From an uncultured bacterium (GTDB lineage: Bacteria; Patescibacteriota; Gracilibacteria; UBA1369; PNNO01): a DNA stretch of 32,000 nt. Where the stretch lies: NCBI GenBank assembly GCA_963704705.1, contig OY969931.1, positions 150,001-182,000 on the forward strand, given 5' to 3'. This document shows positions 21,058-30,536 of the stretch, piece by piece. Under the pieces are notes generated by a model, which saw only the letters and a program-made list of their open reading frames with translations, had not been told where the DNA came from and made no database searches. The first letter of the stretch is position 1. Every line of letters begins with the position of its first letter. The translations under genes and the position numbers were made by a program.

Positions 21058-22065
21058 ATGGCTGATCAAAACACTGAGAGAAAAAAGGCGATTGATCTTG
21101 CTCTCGCACAAATTGAAAAAACATTTGGTAAAGGTTCCATCATGAAATTGGGTGAAGCCAAAAAGGTACCGATCGAAACAATACCTACAGGTTCACTTTC
21201 GCTTGATATGGCGCTTGGTGGCGGTGTTCCTCGTGGAAGGATAGTTGAAATTTACGGTCCTGAAAGTTCAGGTAAAACCACTTTAAGTCTGCATGTAATT
21301 GCAGAAGCTCAAAAATTAGGCGGCCAGGCAGCGTTTATAGATGCCGAGCACGCGATGGATCCTATTTACGCAGGTAAAATAGGCGTAGATTTGGACAATT
21401 TATTGGTGTCTCAACCTGATTCAGGTGAACAGGCACTTGAAATAGTTGAAACCCTTGTTCGTTCAAATGCACTCGATGTTATAGTTGTGGATTCGGTTGC
21501 GGCTTTAACTCCTCGTGCAGAAATTGAAGGTGATATGGGTGATGCTCATATGGGTCTTCAGGCAAGATTGATGAGTCAGGCACTTCGCAAATTAACCGCT
21601 GCTATAAGCAAATCTAAAACTACCGTTATCTTCATTAATCAAATAAGAATGAAGATAGGTGTAATGTTCGGAAATCCTGAAACTACCCCTGGAGGTAATG
21701 CTCTTAAGTTCTATTCTTCAGTAAGAATGGAAATAAGAAATATCGGTAAAATTGAAAATGGAATTGGTGACCAAAAAGAAATTCAGGGTAACAGAGTGCG
21801 TGTAAAAGTTGTGAAAAATAAAATCGCACCTCCGTTTAAAATTGCTGAATTCGATGTTATGTACAAAAAAGGTATCTCTTATATTGGAGACTTATTGGAT
21901 CTTTCAACAAAATATGAAATTACCCGTAAAGCAGGAGCCTTCTTCAATTATAAAGATTTAAAACTTGGCCAGGGTCGCGAAAATGTTAAAGATTTCCTTG
22001 AAAAAAATTCTAAAGTTGCAAAAGCAATCGAGAAGGAAGTTCGCGAAAAAGTAGCTAAAGAATAA
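21058..22065 (+). CDS. recA: Recombinase RecA
   Basis: 335 aa. Contains [24 protein letters not shown], Walker [26 protein letters not shown] and [29 protein letters not shown]. Confidence 0.97.
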   Translation: MADQNTERKKAIDLALAQIEKTFGKGSIMKLGEAKKVPIETIPTGSLSLDMALGGGVPRGRIVEIYGPESSGKTTLSLHVIAEAQKLGGQAAFIDAEHAMDPIYAGKIGVDLDNLLVSQPDSGEQALEIVETLVRSNALDVIVVDSVAALTPRAEIEGDMGDAHMGLQARLMSQALRKLTAAISKSKTTVIFINQIRMKIGVMFGNPETTPGGNALKFYSSVRMEIRNIGKIENGIGDQKEIQGNRVRVKVVKNKIAPPFKIAEFDVMYKKGISYIGDLLDLSTKYEITRKAGAFFNYKDLKLGQGRENVKDFLEKNSKVAKAIEKEVREKVAKE

Positions 22066-22068
22066 ACA

Positions 22069-22515
22069 ATGTACGACAATTTGATGCAGTATGCCCTTAG
22101 GCTTATAACGCGCAAGCGATATACTCAAAAAGAGTTAGAAACTAAGCTTAGGGGCAGAAAAATCGGCACTAAAAAAGATCGTGATAAAGTAATTAATCGT
22201 TTAAAAGAGCTTAGCTATATTAACGATAAAGAGTTTGCAAAAGACTATATTCAGACACGTTTAATTATTAATCCAAAAGGTGAAAATTTGCTTAAATTAG
22301 AGCTTAGACTAAAAGGCGTAGACAGACAAATTATAGACAATGCAATTCAAAGCGCGAATATAGATGAAACAAAAGTTGCATTGGATGTTATTGAAAGAAA
22401 AAAGAAATCTATAAAGCGCACTGAAGGGCAAAAAAGAAAAGAAAAAATACTTCGCCTGCTTTCATCAAGAGGATTTAAGCTTGAAACTATTTACAAAATT
22501 TTAGAGAAGTGGTAG
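22069..22515 (+). CDS. recX: RecA regulator RecX
   Basis: 148 aa, starting 3 nt after recA. RecX-like helical repeats (ALRLITRKRYTQKELETKL, VINRLKELSYINDKEFAKDYI) in the usual position downstream of recA. Confidence 0.75.
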   Translation: MYDNLMQYALRLITRKRYTQKELETKLRGRKIGTKKDRDKVINRLKELSYINDKEFAKDYIQTRLIINPKGENLLKLELRLKGVDRQIIDNAIQSANIDETKVALDVIERKKKSIKRTEGQKRKEKILRLLSSRGFKLETIYKILEKW

Positions 22516-22539
22516 TATCAAGTCAGATTTGAGATAAAG

Positions 22540-22564
22540 CAGGATAAAAATATCCTGTTTTTTT
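22540..22564 (+). terminator. Rho-independent terminator after recX
   Basis: CAGGATA-aaaa-TATCCTG stem-loop (22540..22557) followed by seven T (22558..22564). Confidence 0.75.
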
Positions 22565-22586
22565 ATTATATTTAATCAAAACCATA

Positions 22587-23852
22587 ATGGCTGATATGCA
22601 ACAATCACAATTTCTAGCTGCAATTAATCAAATTTGCGACGAGAAAAATATCCCGAAAGACAAAGTAATCGAAACAATTAAAGCCGCGCTTCGGGCTGCA
22701 TTCCGTAAAGATTACGGCAACAAAGAGCAAAATATTGATGTAGAACTAAACGACAAAGGTAATTTTGCAACAATTTTCGTTGTAAAAGAAATCGTAAAAA
22801 AAGTCGAAGACCCTGAACTTGAAATGACTTTAGCTGAAGCAAAAAAATATAAAAAGAATCCAAAAGTTGGCGATGAAGTCAAAATTGACGTTACTCCTAT
22901 GGAGTATGGAAGAATCGCTGCACAAGCCGCAAAACAGGTAATCATTCAACGAATACAGGAAGCTGAAAGAGATGTTATGTATGATACATTTAAAGATCGC
23001 GAAAACGAATTGTTAAATGCTTTGATTCATCGTGTAGACAACCAACAGGTTTACGTGAATCTTGACAATAAAATCACCACAATGCTTCCGCCTGATCAAC
23101 AGATTCCTGGTGAACAGTATTATGCCGGTCAAAGAATCAAGCTTTATCTTGATAAAGTAATTAAAACTACAAAAGGGCCTCAGTTGGTTATTTCAAGAAC
23201 TCATCCAAATTTGGTAAGAAAGCTTTTGGAACTTGAAATTCCTGAAATTAAATCGGGTGTTGTTGAAGTTAAAGGTATTGCCCGCGAAGCAGGTACAAGA
23301 TGTAAAGTTGCGGTTTCATCGAATGATGAAAAAATTGACCCGATTGGTTCTTGCGTAGGTCAAAAAGGAGTACGTGTTCAAAATATTATGGATGAATTAA
23401 ATGGAGAAAAAATTGATATTATTCCATGGACTGACAATATTGAGGAATTTATTAAAATTGCGCTTGCTCCTGCAAAAATAACTTACATTAAACTAGATGA
23501 TAAATTAAAGCGTTCAGCTTGTTATGTGAATCCTGATCAGCGTCCGCTTGCAATCGGTAAAAATGGCCAAAATGTTCGTCTCGCATCAGAATTAACAGGC
23601 TGGGAAATTGATATAATGGATATTAGTGATCTTGACGGAAAAGACGCTGAAAAAATTCATGCTGCACAGGCAAAAGAATTAACTGTTGATGATCTTGAAC
23701 TTGATGAACAGGTTGTTGAAAAATTAAAAGCAGCGAATTTAACACTTGTTGAGCAATTAAAAGGTTTAAGTGTAAAAGATATGTCTTCTGTTGAAGGAAT
23801 AGAAGAAGCAGATGCTAAAAAGATCGTGACTGCTGTAAAAAAGCTTAAATAG
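22587..23852 (+). CDS. nusA: Transcription termination/antitermination factor NusA
   Basis: 421 aa. NusA N-terminal domain ([33 protein letters not shown]), then S1 and KH-type segments ([39 protein letters not shown]) and a C-terminal HhH-like tail. Confidence 0.92.
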   Translation: MADMQQSQFLAAINQICDEKNIPKDKVIETIKAALRAAFRKDYGNKEQNIDVELNDKGNFATIFVVKEIVKKVEDPELEMTLAEAKKYKKNPKVGDEVKIDVTPMEYGRIAAQAAKQVIIQRIQEAERDVMYDTFKDRENELLNALIHRVDNQQVYVNLDNKITTMLPPDQQIPGEQYYAGQRIKLYLDKVIKTTKGPQLVISRTHPNLVRKLLELEIPEIKSGVVEVKGIAREAGTRCKVAVSSNDEKIDPIGSCVGQKGVRVQNIMDELNGEKIDIIPWTDNIEEFIKIALAPAKITYIKLDDKLKRSACYVNPDQRPLAIGKNGQNVRLASELTGWEIDIMDISDLDGKDAEKIHAAQAKELTVDDLELDEQVVEKLKAANLTLVEQLKGLSVKDMSSVEGIEEADAKKIVTAVKKLK

Positions 23853-23874
23853 ACTTCCAAAAAAGCCATTTTTC

Positions 23875-23883
23875 TGCTATAAT
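23875..23883 (+). promoter_or_regulatory. Extended -10 TGcTATAAT upstream of the pilB-like gene
   Basis: TGCTATAAT at 23875..23883, 26 nt upstream of ATG 23909. I see no good -35. Confidence 0.45.
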
Positions 23884-23908
23884 ACATAGATATTTCTATA
23901 TCAGAATA

Positions 23909-25639
23909 ATGGTTGATATAAATCAAAAAGTACAAAGAGAGCAAAAATCGGCTGCTGGAGGCGGAACAACCGCTGCTGCTGCCGCTCCTGCGCTGCAAAG
24001 AGGTAAAATGGGGGCTGGTTTGGCAGAAATAGACAGGGACTTTGTTGAAAAAGAAACTCTTACAAAAGCACGGGAACTTGGAATTTCATATATCAATGTT
24101 GCTAAAACACCGATTAATCCCGATTTATTATTTATTTTAGATCCGGAAAAAGCAAAGAAGGCAATGGTTATGCCATTTTTTAGTGTTGGAAAGCGTTTGA
24201 GAGTGGCGGTAGCGGATCCTAGCAATCCTGATACAAAAAAAGTAATTGATGGCTTGAAACAACAAAAATATCTGATCAATTTAAATCTTGCTTCAACTGA
24301 GGGATTACAGGAAGCATTTAAATTATATGAATCAGATCAGTACAAAGTTAAAAAGAAAATTGAATCTGAGTATAAAGAAAAAGAAGTTAAGTCTTATGAT
24401 GAAGAGCTTGTTCAGTTAAGTAAACTTCGTGAAAGAGTTGAATCTGTAGCAGCTGAAGAAGCCGTTCAATTGATAAATGTTGGAGCAATTAAAACAGGTG
24501 CTTCGGATATTCATTATGAGCCTGAAGAAAAATCAATTCGGGTTCGATTTAGAATTGATGGAGTATTGCATAAAGTGTTTGATATTGATCATGAAATTTA
24601 TAAAAATCTGGCTAATCAGATTAAATACATGTCCAAAATGAAGCTCAATGTAACCAATGTTCCTCAAGACGGCAGATATAGCTTTGTTGTAAACGAAAGA
24701 AAGGTTGATGTCCGTGTTTCCGATATTCCGACCCAATGGGGTGAGTCGTTTGTAATGAGGCTTTTGGATTCAAAACGTGCAAAACTTGATTTTAATCAGA
24801 TGGGATTTTTTGGAGAAAATTTCAATGAAATCCAAAGACTAAAAGAATTAAGTCATGGAATGATTCTTTGTACCGGGCCTACAGGTTCAGGAAAAACTAC
24901 AACTCTATATACTTTGCTTGAGGATATGAACACCGAAGAAACAAAAATTATTACACTTGAAGATCCAATTGAATATAATTTGCCTGGTGTTTCTCAGTCG
25001 CAAATTAATGAAAAGCGAGGTTATGATTTCGCAAGCGGACTCCGAACAATTTTAAGACAGGATCCGGACATTGTAATGATCGGTGAAATCCGTGATCTTG
25101 ATACTGCGCAAACTGCTTCTCAGGCTGCCCTAACCGGCCATCTGGTATTAAGTACATTGCATACAAACAGCGCAATTGAGACAATTCCGCGTTTGATTAA
25201 TATGGGCTTGCCGCCTTTTATGGTTGCACCCGCACTTCACACTATAATCGCGCAGAGGCTTGTGCGAAGGGTCTGCGAAAGTTGTAAAGTAATGAAACCG
25301 ATTCCGGAAGCGAAGTTAAAAGATATCCAGCAAACTCTTGAATCAATTAAAAAAATAAAACCTGATTTAGCAGTTGAAATTCCAAAAGAACTTCCTGAAG
25401 TTGTGGGCTGCGAAAAGTGCAGTCAAACTGGTTATAGCGGACGAATTGCTCTTGTTGAAATGCTTAATCTTGATTTTGAAATTCGCGATATGATTTTGAA
25501 AGAAGAAAGTTCAAATAATATTTTACTTGCTGCACGCAGAAAAGGGCTTATCTCCCTTAGAGAAGACGGCATTTTAAAAGTTTTAAAAGGTATTACCACC
25601 ATTGAAGAAGTTTACCGCGTAACTAATATTGCGACTTAA
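23909..25639 (+). CDS. pilB: GspE/PilB/ComGA-family secretion ATPase (type IV pilus or competence-pilus assembly)
   Basis: 576 aa. T2SSE N-terminal-type region, Walker A GPTGSGKTTTLY, Asp box ITLEDPIEY, Walker B DPDIVMIGEIRD, His box LVLSTLHTN, and a tetracysteine CESC...CEKC motif. Confidence 0.88.
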   Translation: MVDINQKVQREQKSAAGGGTTAAAAAPALQRGKMGAGLAEIDRDFVEKETLTKARELGISYINVAKTPINPDLLFILDPEKAKKAMVMPFFSVGKRLRVAVADPSNPDTKKVIDGLKQQKYLINLNLASTEGLQEAFKLYESDQYKVKKKIESEYKEKEVKSYDEELVQLSKLRERVESVAAEEAVQLINVGAIKTGASDIHYEPEEKSIRVRFRIDGVLHKVFDIDHEIYKNLANQIKYMSKMKLNVTNVPQDGRYSFVVNERKVDVRVSDIPTQWGESFVMRLLDSKRAKLDFNQMGFFGENFNEIQRLKELSHGMILCTGPTGSGKTTTLYTLLEDMNTEETKIITLEDPIEYNLPGVSQSQINEKRGYDFASGLRTILRQDPDIVMIGEIRDLDTAQTASQAALTGHLVLSTLHTNSAIETIPRLINMGLPPFMVAPALHTIIAQRLVRRVCESCKVMKPIPEAKLKDIQQTLESIKKIKPDLAVEIPKELPEVVGCEKCSQTGYSGRIALVEMLNLDFEIRDMILKEESSNNILLAARRKGLISLREDGILKVLKGITTIEEVYRVTNIAT

Positions 25640-26702
25640 GAAAATATTTACCTGATCTGTTTATTTCAATTACGTTATCGAGTTCAAGCTCTGTAAGGCA
25701 CGAAGAGAGTTTTGCAGCTGGTATTAATATTTTTTGCATTAATTCATTTTTGGAATGATTTCCTGTTTTTAAATGTTCAATAATCATTTTTTGTTCAAAT
25801 GAGAATCTGCTTAAAATAAGCGGATTTTGTTTTCTGGAAATCCCGAGATTAATATAAATTTCATCATAATTGTAAATTGGCATTGCACCATCAAATATTA
25901 ATTTATTGGGCCCTTCACTGGTTTTATCTGTAATCCTGCCAGGGAAAGCATACACATCGCGGCCTTGTTCTAACGCACATTTCGCGGTAATTAACGCTCC
26001 TGATGTTATTGACCCTTCAACCACAACAACTGCTTCACTAAGCCCTGCAATTATTCTGTTTCGCAGCGGAAAATGATATTTTTGAGCATTCAGATTTGGT
26101 GGATATTCTGAAATTATTGCTCCGTCCCGTATTATTCTTTGAGTTATTTCTTGTTGATAATAAGGTATTCGTTTTAATCCAAACCCGAGCACAGCAACAG
26201 TAGGAACATTATTTTCAATAGCGGCTTTGTGTGCATTCGTATCAATTCCTCTTGCGAGTCCGCTAACAACAACAAAGTCATCAGGACTCAGGGCCTGAAC
26301 GAGTTTTTTTGTTACTGTCTGGCCATAATCCGACATAGCTCTTGTGCCCACTATACCGATAAAATGCTTTTTTAAGTTTGGAATATTACCTTTTATATAA
26401 AGAATCTTCGGTGAAATATCTTTATTCATTTCACGCAATTGGCAAGGATAATTTTCATCTCGAATTGTAATTACTTTTATATTTTCCGAATTAAAACTTT
26501 CAAATTCTTTAAATGGCGTTCCTGTTTTTTTATATAAGTTGAAATTTTTAATATAATCTTCATGAAATCGCAGATTACGAAGATCTTTTTCCGTAAGATT
26601 TTCCCAGGCGGATTTTACTTCTGAATGGTATTTAATAAGCTTTTCAAACGGCCCTGCCAAGCCCATAAATACACAATTCCAAGCATGATAATATTCTTTC
26701 AT
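25623..26702 (-). CDS. dprA: DNA processing protein DprA (Smf)
   Basis: 359 aa. Contains IGIVGTRAMSDYG, VVSGLARGIDTNAHKAA, TVAVLGFGL, FPLRNRIIAGLS and VVVEGSITSGALITA. The 3' end overlaps the convergent pilB 3' end by 17 nt. Confidence 0.9.
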   Translation of the reverse strand: MKEYYHAWNCVFMGLAGPFEKLIKYHSEVKSAWENLTEKDLRNLRFHEDYIKNFNLYKKTGTPFKEFESFNSENIKVITIRDENYPCQLREMNKDISPKILYIKGNIPNLKKHFIGIVGTRAMSDYGQTVTKKLVQALSPDDFVVVSGLARGIDTNAHKAAIENNVPTVAVLGFGLKRIPYYQQEITQRIIRDGAIISEYPPNLNAQKYHFPLRNRIIAGLSEAVVVVEGSITSGALITAKCALEQGRDVYAFPGRITDKTSEGPNKLIFDGAMPIYNYDEIYINLGISRKQNPLILSRFSFEQKMIIEHLKTGNHSKNELMQKILIPAAKLSSCLTELELDNVIEINRSGKYFLKSQY

Positions 26703-26753
26703 GCCTAAAATCTAGCAAACAAAGATTAAATTTTGATTAAATTTTTCTAAAAT

Positions 26754-27797
26754 TTAAAAAGGAATATTTAAAAGTTCCACGCCGGGTTTTTCAACAATTT
26801 CACCAATTACCATTGCCGAAATATCGTGTTTACCAACCATTTCTATTACTTTTTCCGGTTCTTTTGTGACAATAACCATTCCTATACCCATATTCCAAGT
26901 TTTATAAGCTTCCATTTTATCGACTTTACCAAGCTCAATAAGCTTAAGCATAATATCATTTGGTTTAGGTAAATTATCGATTTTTGCACCAAAACCTTTA
27001 TGTTTTACCACCCTTATTACATTGCCTGGTAATCCGCCGCCGGTTATATGTGCAATTGCGCTTATATCAACTTTTCTTGGTTGTTTATATCTTCCAATCA
27101 TATCAAGAACAGCATTGTGATATATCAATGTTGGCTGCAATACAGCTTCTCCCCAAGTTAATCCATTATCGTACATTTCATTGTGCCAGTTTTCACCAAA
27201 GTTAGAAGCAAGTATATGTCTTACCAGAGTCATACCATTTGATCTGAATAATCGTGATCTTAATCCAACAATTTTATCCCCTACTTCTAATTTATCACCT
27301 GTAATAAATTTTTCTTTTTCCACAATTCCAATAGCGGTAGCATTCCAAACATATCCATTTATCATTGTTCCAAGTTCTGCGATTTCTCCACCCGGAACCA
27401 CTATTTTTTGTTCAGTACAAGCCGCTTGTAAACCTTTCATCATTTCGCTTATTACACCTTTATCAACTTTTTCCACATCTATAGTATTTGAAATTGAAAC
27501 CACTTCAGCACCAACGCAAATTGCATCATCAGCAACCATGCCAACAAGGTCATATCCCATTGTGTCATATTTTCCGACCTGTGTGGCAATAACCATTTTT
27601 GTTCCAATCCCATCATCATTCTGGACAAGGTAAAAATCTCCAAAATCCATGGCACCGGAAAATCCGCCTTCCATTACAACTGGTTCTCCTATCATGCCTT
27701 TGCGTGAACTAAAAGTAGCTTTTGCAGCTTCATATGCAATCCGTGAACATTCGTCACCCATTTCAATGTCCACTCCAGCTTCTTTATATGTAGCCAT
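26754..27797 (-). CDS. purM: Phosphoribosylformylglycinamidine cyclo-ligase (AIR synthase, PurM family)
   Basis: 347 aa. Contains YKEAGVDIEMGDE, NDDGIGTKM, GYDLVGMVADDAICVGAE, VPGGEIAEL and HITGGG. The order and length match PurM rather than ThiL, SelD or HypE. Confidence 0.8.
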   Translation of the reverse strand: MATYKEAGVDIEMGDECSRIAYEAAKATFSSRKGMIGEPVVMEGGFSGAMDFGDFYLVQNDDGIGTKMVIATQVGKYDTMGYDLVGMVADDAICVGAEVVSISNTIDVEKVDKGVISEMMKGLQAACTEQKIVVPGGEIAELGTMINGYVWNATAIGIVEKEKFITGDKLEVGDKIVGLRSRLFRSNGMTLVRHILASNFGENWHNEMYDNGLTWGEAVLQPTLIYHNAVLDMIGRYKQPRKVDISAIAHITGGGLPGNVIRVVKHKGFGAKIDNLPKPNDIMLKLIELGKVDKMEAYKTWNMGIGMVIVTKEPEKVIEMVGKHDISAMVIGEIVEKPGVELLNIPF

Positions 27798-27809
27798 TTT
27801 TAATGATTG

Positions 27810-28487
27810 TTAAAATTCATAAGTACCGTGAGCTTCGTCACTAATCACTTTACCATTTTCCAGCCTGACTACACGTTTTTTGAGTTTATCAACAAGCCCT
27901 TTATTGTGTGATGCAAACAGTACTGTTGCCCCATTTTTATTTATTTTAGTGAAAAGCTTTAAAATTTCATCTGCAGATTTTGGATCCAAATTTCCTGTTG
28001 GTTCATCCGCAACGACCAGTTTGGGATCATGCACCAATGCTCTTGCAATAGCCACTTTTTGCTGTTCACCTCCTGAAAGTTGATAAGGAAAATGACCTTT
28101 CAAATTTTCCAGACCCACAAGTTTTAATACTTCATCCACTTTTTCTTTTATATATGATTTTGATTCACCTGTAGCCTCTAAGGCAAATGCAATATTTTCA
28201 TAAACATTTTTGCTTAGAATCAATTTGTAATCCTGAAAAACAATTCCAAGTTTTCTTCTAAAAAGCTGCAAAGCATTTTCACTCATTATATGAACATGAT
28301 AATCATCAACAAAAATCTTGCCGCTATTCAATTTATCGGCTCCGATAAGCGCATGAATCAATGTTGATTTACCTGCGCCCGAAGGCCCGATAATCGAAAC
28401 AAATTCCTGCGGTTCGATTTTCAAACTCACATTATCTAAAATTTTTCGGTCACCGTGTTGTTTATTTACTTTGTCGAAGACGATCAT
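27810..28487 (-). CDS. ftsE: Cell-division ABC ATPase FtsE-like
   Basis: 225 aa. Walker A GPSGAGKSTL, LGIVFQDYKLI, signature LSGGEQQKVAIARAL, Walker B LVVADEPTGNLD. The size and FQD..L/NV.EN motifs resemble FtsE. No ftsX lies adjacent. Confidence 0.7.
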   Translation of the reverse strand: MIVFDKVNKQHGDRKILDNVSLKIEPQEFVSIIGPSGAGKSTLIHALIGADKLNSGKIFVDDYHVHIMSENALQLFRRKLGIVFQDYKLILSKNVYENIAFALEATGESKSYIKEKVDEVLKLVGLENLKGHFPYQLSGGEQQKVAIARALVHDPKLVVADEPTGNLDPKSADEILKLFTKINKNGATVLFASHNKGLVDKLKKRVVRLENGKVISDEAHGTYEF

Positions 28488-28526
28488 AAATTTGGAATAC
28501 GTAAAGAATGCATTCTAACTATAAAG

Positions 28527-29837
28527 TTAACCTTTCAGTGATTCAACCCAATTTCTAAAAACCTCACCCCTATGTTTGTAATTTTTAAATTGATCGAAGC
28601 TTGCACTGGCTGGAGAAAGTAATATCACATAGCCTTCCCAGGCTTTCTCCAAAGCCAAATCAAAGGCATCGCGATAATTCGCAACTACTCTTATTTCCGG
28701 TTTTATTTTGGGATTTTTTTCGATTGACGCCTTGATATGTTTTGCAGTATCACCCATTAATATAACTTCTTTTAAATTTTCTTTTGCAGCAATAAGTTTG
28801 CCGAGTTCATCATAATTTGAATTTTTTTCACTGCCACCGGCAATCAAAATAACAGGTTCTTTAAAAGAATTTATCGCTGCCATGCAAGTTTCTGGTGTTG
28901 TTGAAAAAGAATCATTATAGAATTTTATACTTTTATGTTCGCCAACAAGCTCAAGCCTATGGGGCAAACCTTTAAATTCACGAACCACTTTTTTTATAAA
29001 ATTTGTGGGAATATTTAGAATAGAAGCAGTCACACATGCAGGTAAAATATTTTCAATGTTATGAGGTCCGATTAATCCGACTTCGTCTGTTTTGCAAAGT
29101 TCGAAGTCAAATAAATATAGTGACCCGCGCTGTTCATAAGCCCCGTGAGCAACTGTTTTTTTGGCGCTAATATAATATTTTTCAGCCTTTGTTAAATCTT
29201 CATACCTCTTATGATACGGATAATCTATATTGAAAATCGCTGAATCTTTAGTTGTTTGAAATTTAACAATAGCCTCTTTTGCCTGCAGATATTCTTCTCT
29301 GTCTTTATGATAATCAAGATGGTCACTGGTTGTATTTAAAATAATCGCAATATTCGGACTTTTTGTTAGATCATGCAGCTGAAAACTGGAAAGTTCGAGT
29401 ATGGCAATTGATTCTTCATCCAGCTCATCCAAAAAAGTAAGTGCTGGAATTCCAATATTCCCCCCTAAGTAAACAGCTTTTCCCGCTGCTTTAAGAATTT
29501 CATAAATTAAAGTTGAAGTTGTACCTTTGCCTTTTGTTCCTGTAATACCAATGGTTTTACATGGGCACAAATCAAAAAACAGCTGTGTTGCAGAAGTAAC
29601 ATTTAAACCTTTTAGGCTTGGATGATCTTTATGAATTCCCGGACTTCTAAAAATTAAATCGTACTCTTTTAGCTTGGATAAGTCGTTTTCAACATCATCT
29701 CTTATTAGTTTTTCATCAAAAATAGTTATATTTTTATATGCTTTTCCTTCAAGAAATTGAAAAGTTGCCTGACCTTCTACTCCAAAACCAAGAATAGCGA
29801 TTTTACTTTCTTTAGGTATAGAAATTTCCATGCCCAA
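28527..29837 (-). CDS. murD: UDP-N-acetylmuramoyl-L-alanine--D-glutamate ligase
   Basis: 436 aa. N-terminal Rossmann-like ILGFGVEGQA, Mur ligase P-loop GITGTKGKGTT, NTTSDHLDYH, and C-terminal HRLE..FYNDS..T. Confidence 0.9.
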   Translation of the reverse strand: MGMEISIPKESKIAILGFGVEGQATFQFLEGKAYKNITIFDEKLIRDDVENDLSKLKEYDLIFRSPGIHKDHPSLKGLNVTSATQLFFDLCPCKTIGITGTKGKGTTSTLIYEILKAAGKAVYLGGNIGIPALTFLDELDEESIAILELSSFQLHDLTKSPNIAIILNTTSDHLDYHKDREEYLQAKEAIVKFQTTKDSAIFNIDYPYHKRYEDLTKAEKYYISAKKTVAHGAYEQRGSLYLFDFELCKTDEVGLIGPHNIENILPACVTASILNIPTNFIKKVVREFKGLPHRLELVGEHKSIKFYNDSFSTTPETCMAAINSFKEPVILIAGGSEKNSNYDELGKLIAAKENLKEVILMGDTAKHIKASIEKNPKIKPEIRVVANYRDAFDLALEKAWEGYVILLSPASASFDQFKNYKHRGEVFRNWVESLKG

Positions 29838-29846
29838 ACATTACCA

Positions 29847-30077
29847 TTATTCAGGTTTAATTTCACCAATTTTTTTTCTGAATAGCGTTCTCAATCTGTC
29901 TATTTGATCCGGACTGATTGATTTTTCCGGCTGTTTTGCAGCTTCTCCTCTAAATAAACGAAGAGTTGCGTCATCAAGAGGATTCTCAGCATTTCCGCCT
30001 GCTGATTTATATGTTTTTAATAAACGATCAAATTCTTTTTGTTCTTCTTCATTTAATCTGGCATTTTGATTATTCAT
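29847..30077 (-). CDS. Small hypothetical protein heading the murD-ftsE-purM string
   Basis: 76-aa ORF lying 9 nt upstream of murD and downstream of a good promoter. Hydrophilic and helical, with no motif I recognise. Confidence 0.45.
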   Translation of the reverse strand: MNNQNARLNEEEQKEFDRLLKTYKSAGGNAENPLDDATLRLFRGEAAKQPEKSISPDQIDRLRTLFRKKIGEIKPE

Positions 30078-30103
30078 TTTTATTTTATTAATTATCTATA
30101 TTA

Positions 30104-30132
30104 ATTATACAACAAATAGTTCAATTGGTCAA
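30104..30132 (-). promoter_or_regulatory. Promoter TTGACC-17-TATAAT (minus strand)
   Basis: The reverse complement of 30127..30132 is TTGACC, and that of 30104..30109 is TATAAT, with a 17-nt spacer. ATG is at 30077. Confidence 0.55.
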
Positions 30133-30140
30133 AAAAATGA

Positions 30141-30168
30141 TTGACAAATTTTTGCTTATGAATATACT
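30141..30168 (+). promoter_or_regulatory. Promoter TTGACA-16-TATACT, back-to-back with the minus-strand promoter
   Basis: TTGACA at 30141..30146, 16-nt spacer, TATACT at 30163..30168. ATG is at 30204. Confidence 0.55.
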
Positions 30169-30203
30169 CTTATCTTGGCTTTTTACTCTTAACAAAATAA
30201 AAA

Positions 30204-30464
30204 ATGGCTAGTCGCGATCATAACGCTGAGCACTTTGAACAATGGATTGTTGATACCATTGCAGATCAAGGTCTCATTGAATCACAAGATAAACATGAAA
30301 TTGAAGTTCCATGTCCATGTTGTAAAACAGGTCTTGTTAGATTGGAAATCAACGGTAAATTAAGTCAGGTCATGGCTAAATGTTCTAATCATGACGAGGG
30401 AAAATGCGGAAGCCATAAAGTTATCATGCCTTATAAAAACCGCAGACAAAGTGCAGTTAGTTGA
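30204..30464 (+). CDS. Small Cys/His-rich (zinc-binding-like) hypothetical protein
   Basis: 86 aa with CPCC...(22 aa)...CSNHDEGKCGSH. It has its own promoter. Confidence 0.5.
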   Translation: MASRDHNAEHFEQWIVDTIADQGLIESQDKHEIEVPCPCCKTGLVRLEINGKLSQVMAKCSNHDEGKCGSHKVIMPYKNRRQSAVS

Positions 30465-30480
30465 TAACAAAGTTTAATCG

Positions 30481-30489
30481 TGGTATAAT
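30481..30489 (+). promoter_or_regulatory. Extended -10 TGgTATAAT upstream of rnj
   Basis: TGGTATAAT at 30481..30489. rnj ATG is at 30537. Confidence 0.45.
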
Positions 30490-30536
30490 GTAAGTGAATT
30501 CGACTAGGACAAAATTGAATTTGAGTAACAAAATTT

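Noticed and set aside
23945-24005. GC-rich GCT/GCC-rich run encoding AAGGGTTAAAAAPALQ at the PilB-like N-terminus; possible mis-called start (Met34 at 24008)
   Set aside because: The extended -10 at 23875..23883 fits the annotated ATG 23909. A low-complexity linker before the T2SSE N-domain is plausible, and I have no evidence for slippage or phase variation.
906-28083. Other short ORFs nested in or antisense to well-supported genes: 906..1130, 3082..3396, 5264..5464, 5422..5625, 11335..11745, 11378..11584, 13746..13958, 14228..14551, 15335..15517, 16358..16633, 17749..17976, 18175..18456, 18673..18906, 20374..20601, 20403..20612, 22678..22863, 22712..22945, 23657..23998, 23923..24279, 24533..24736, 26984..27205, 27181..27633, 27880..28083
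   Set aside because: Each lies inside or opposite a longer ORF with a clear family assignment or better coding character. The translations look like shadow-frame products.
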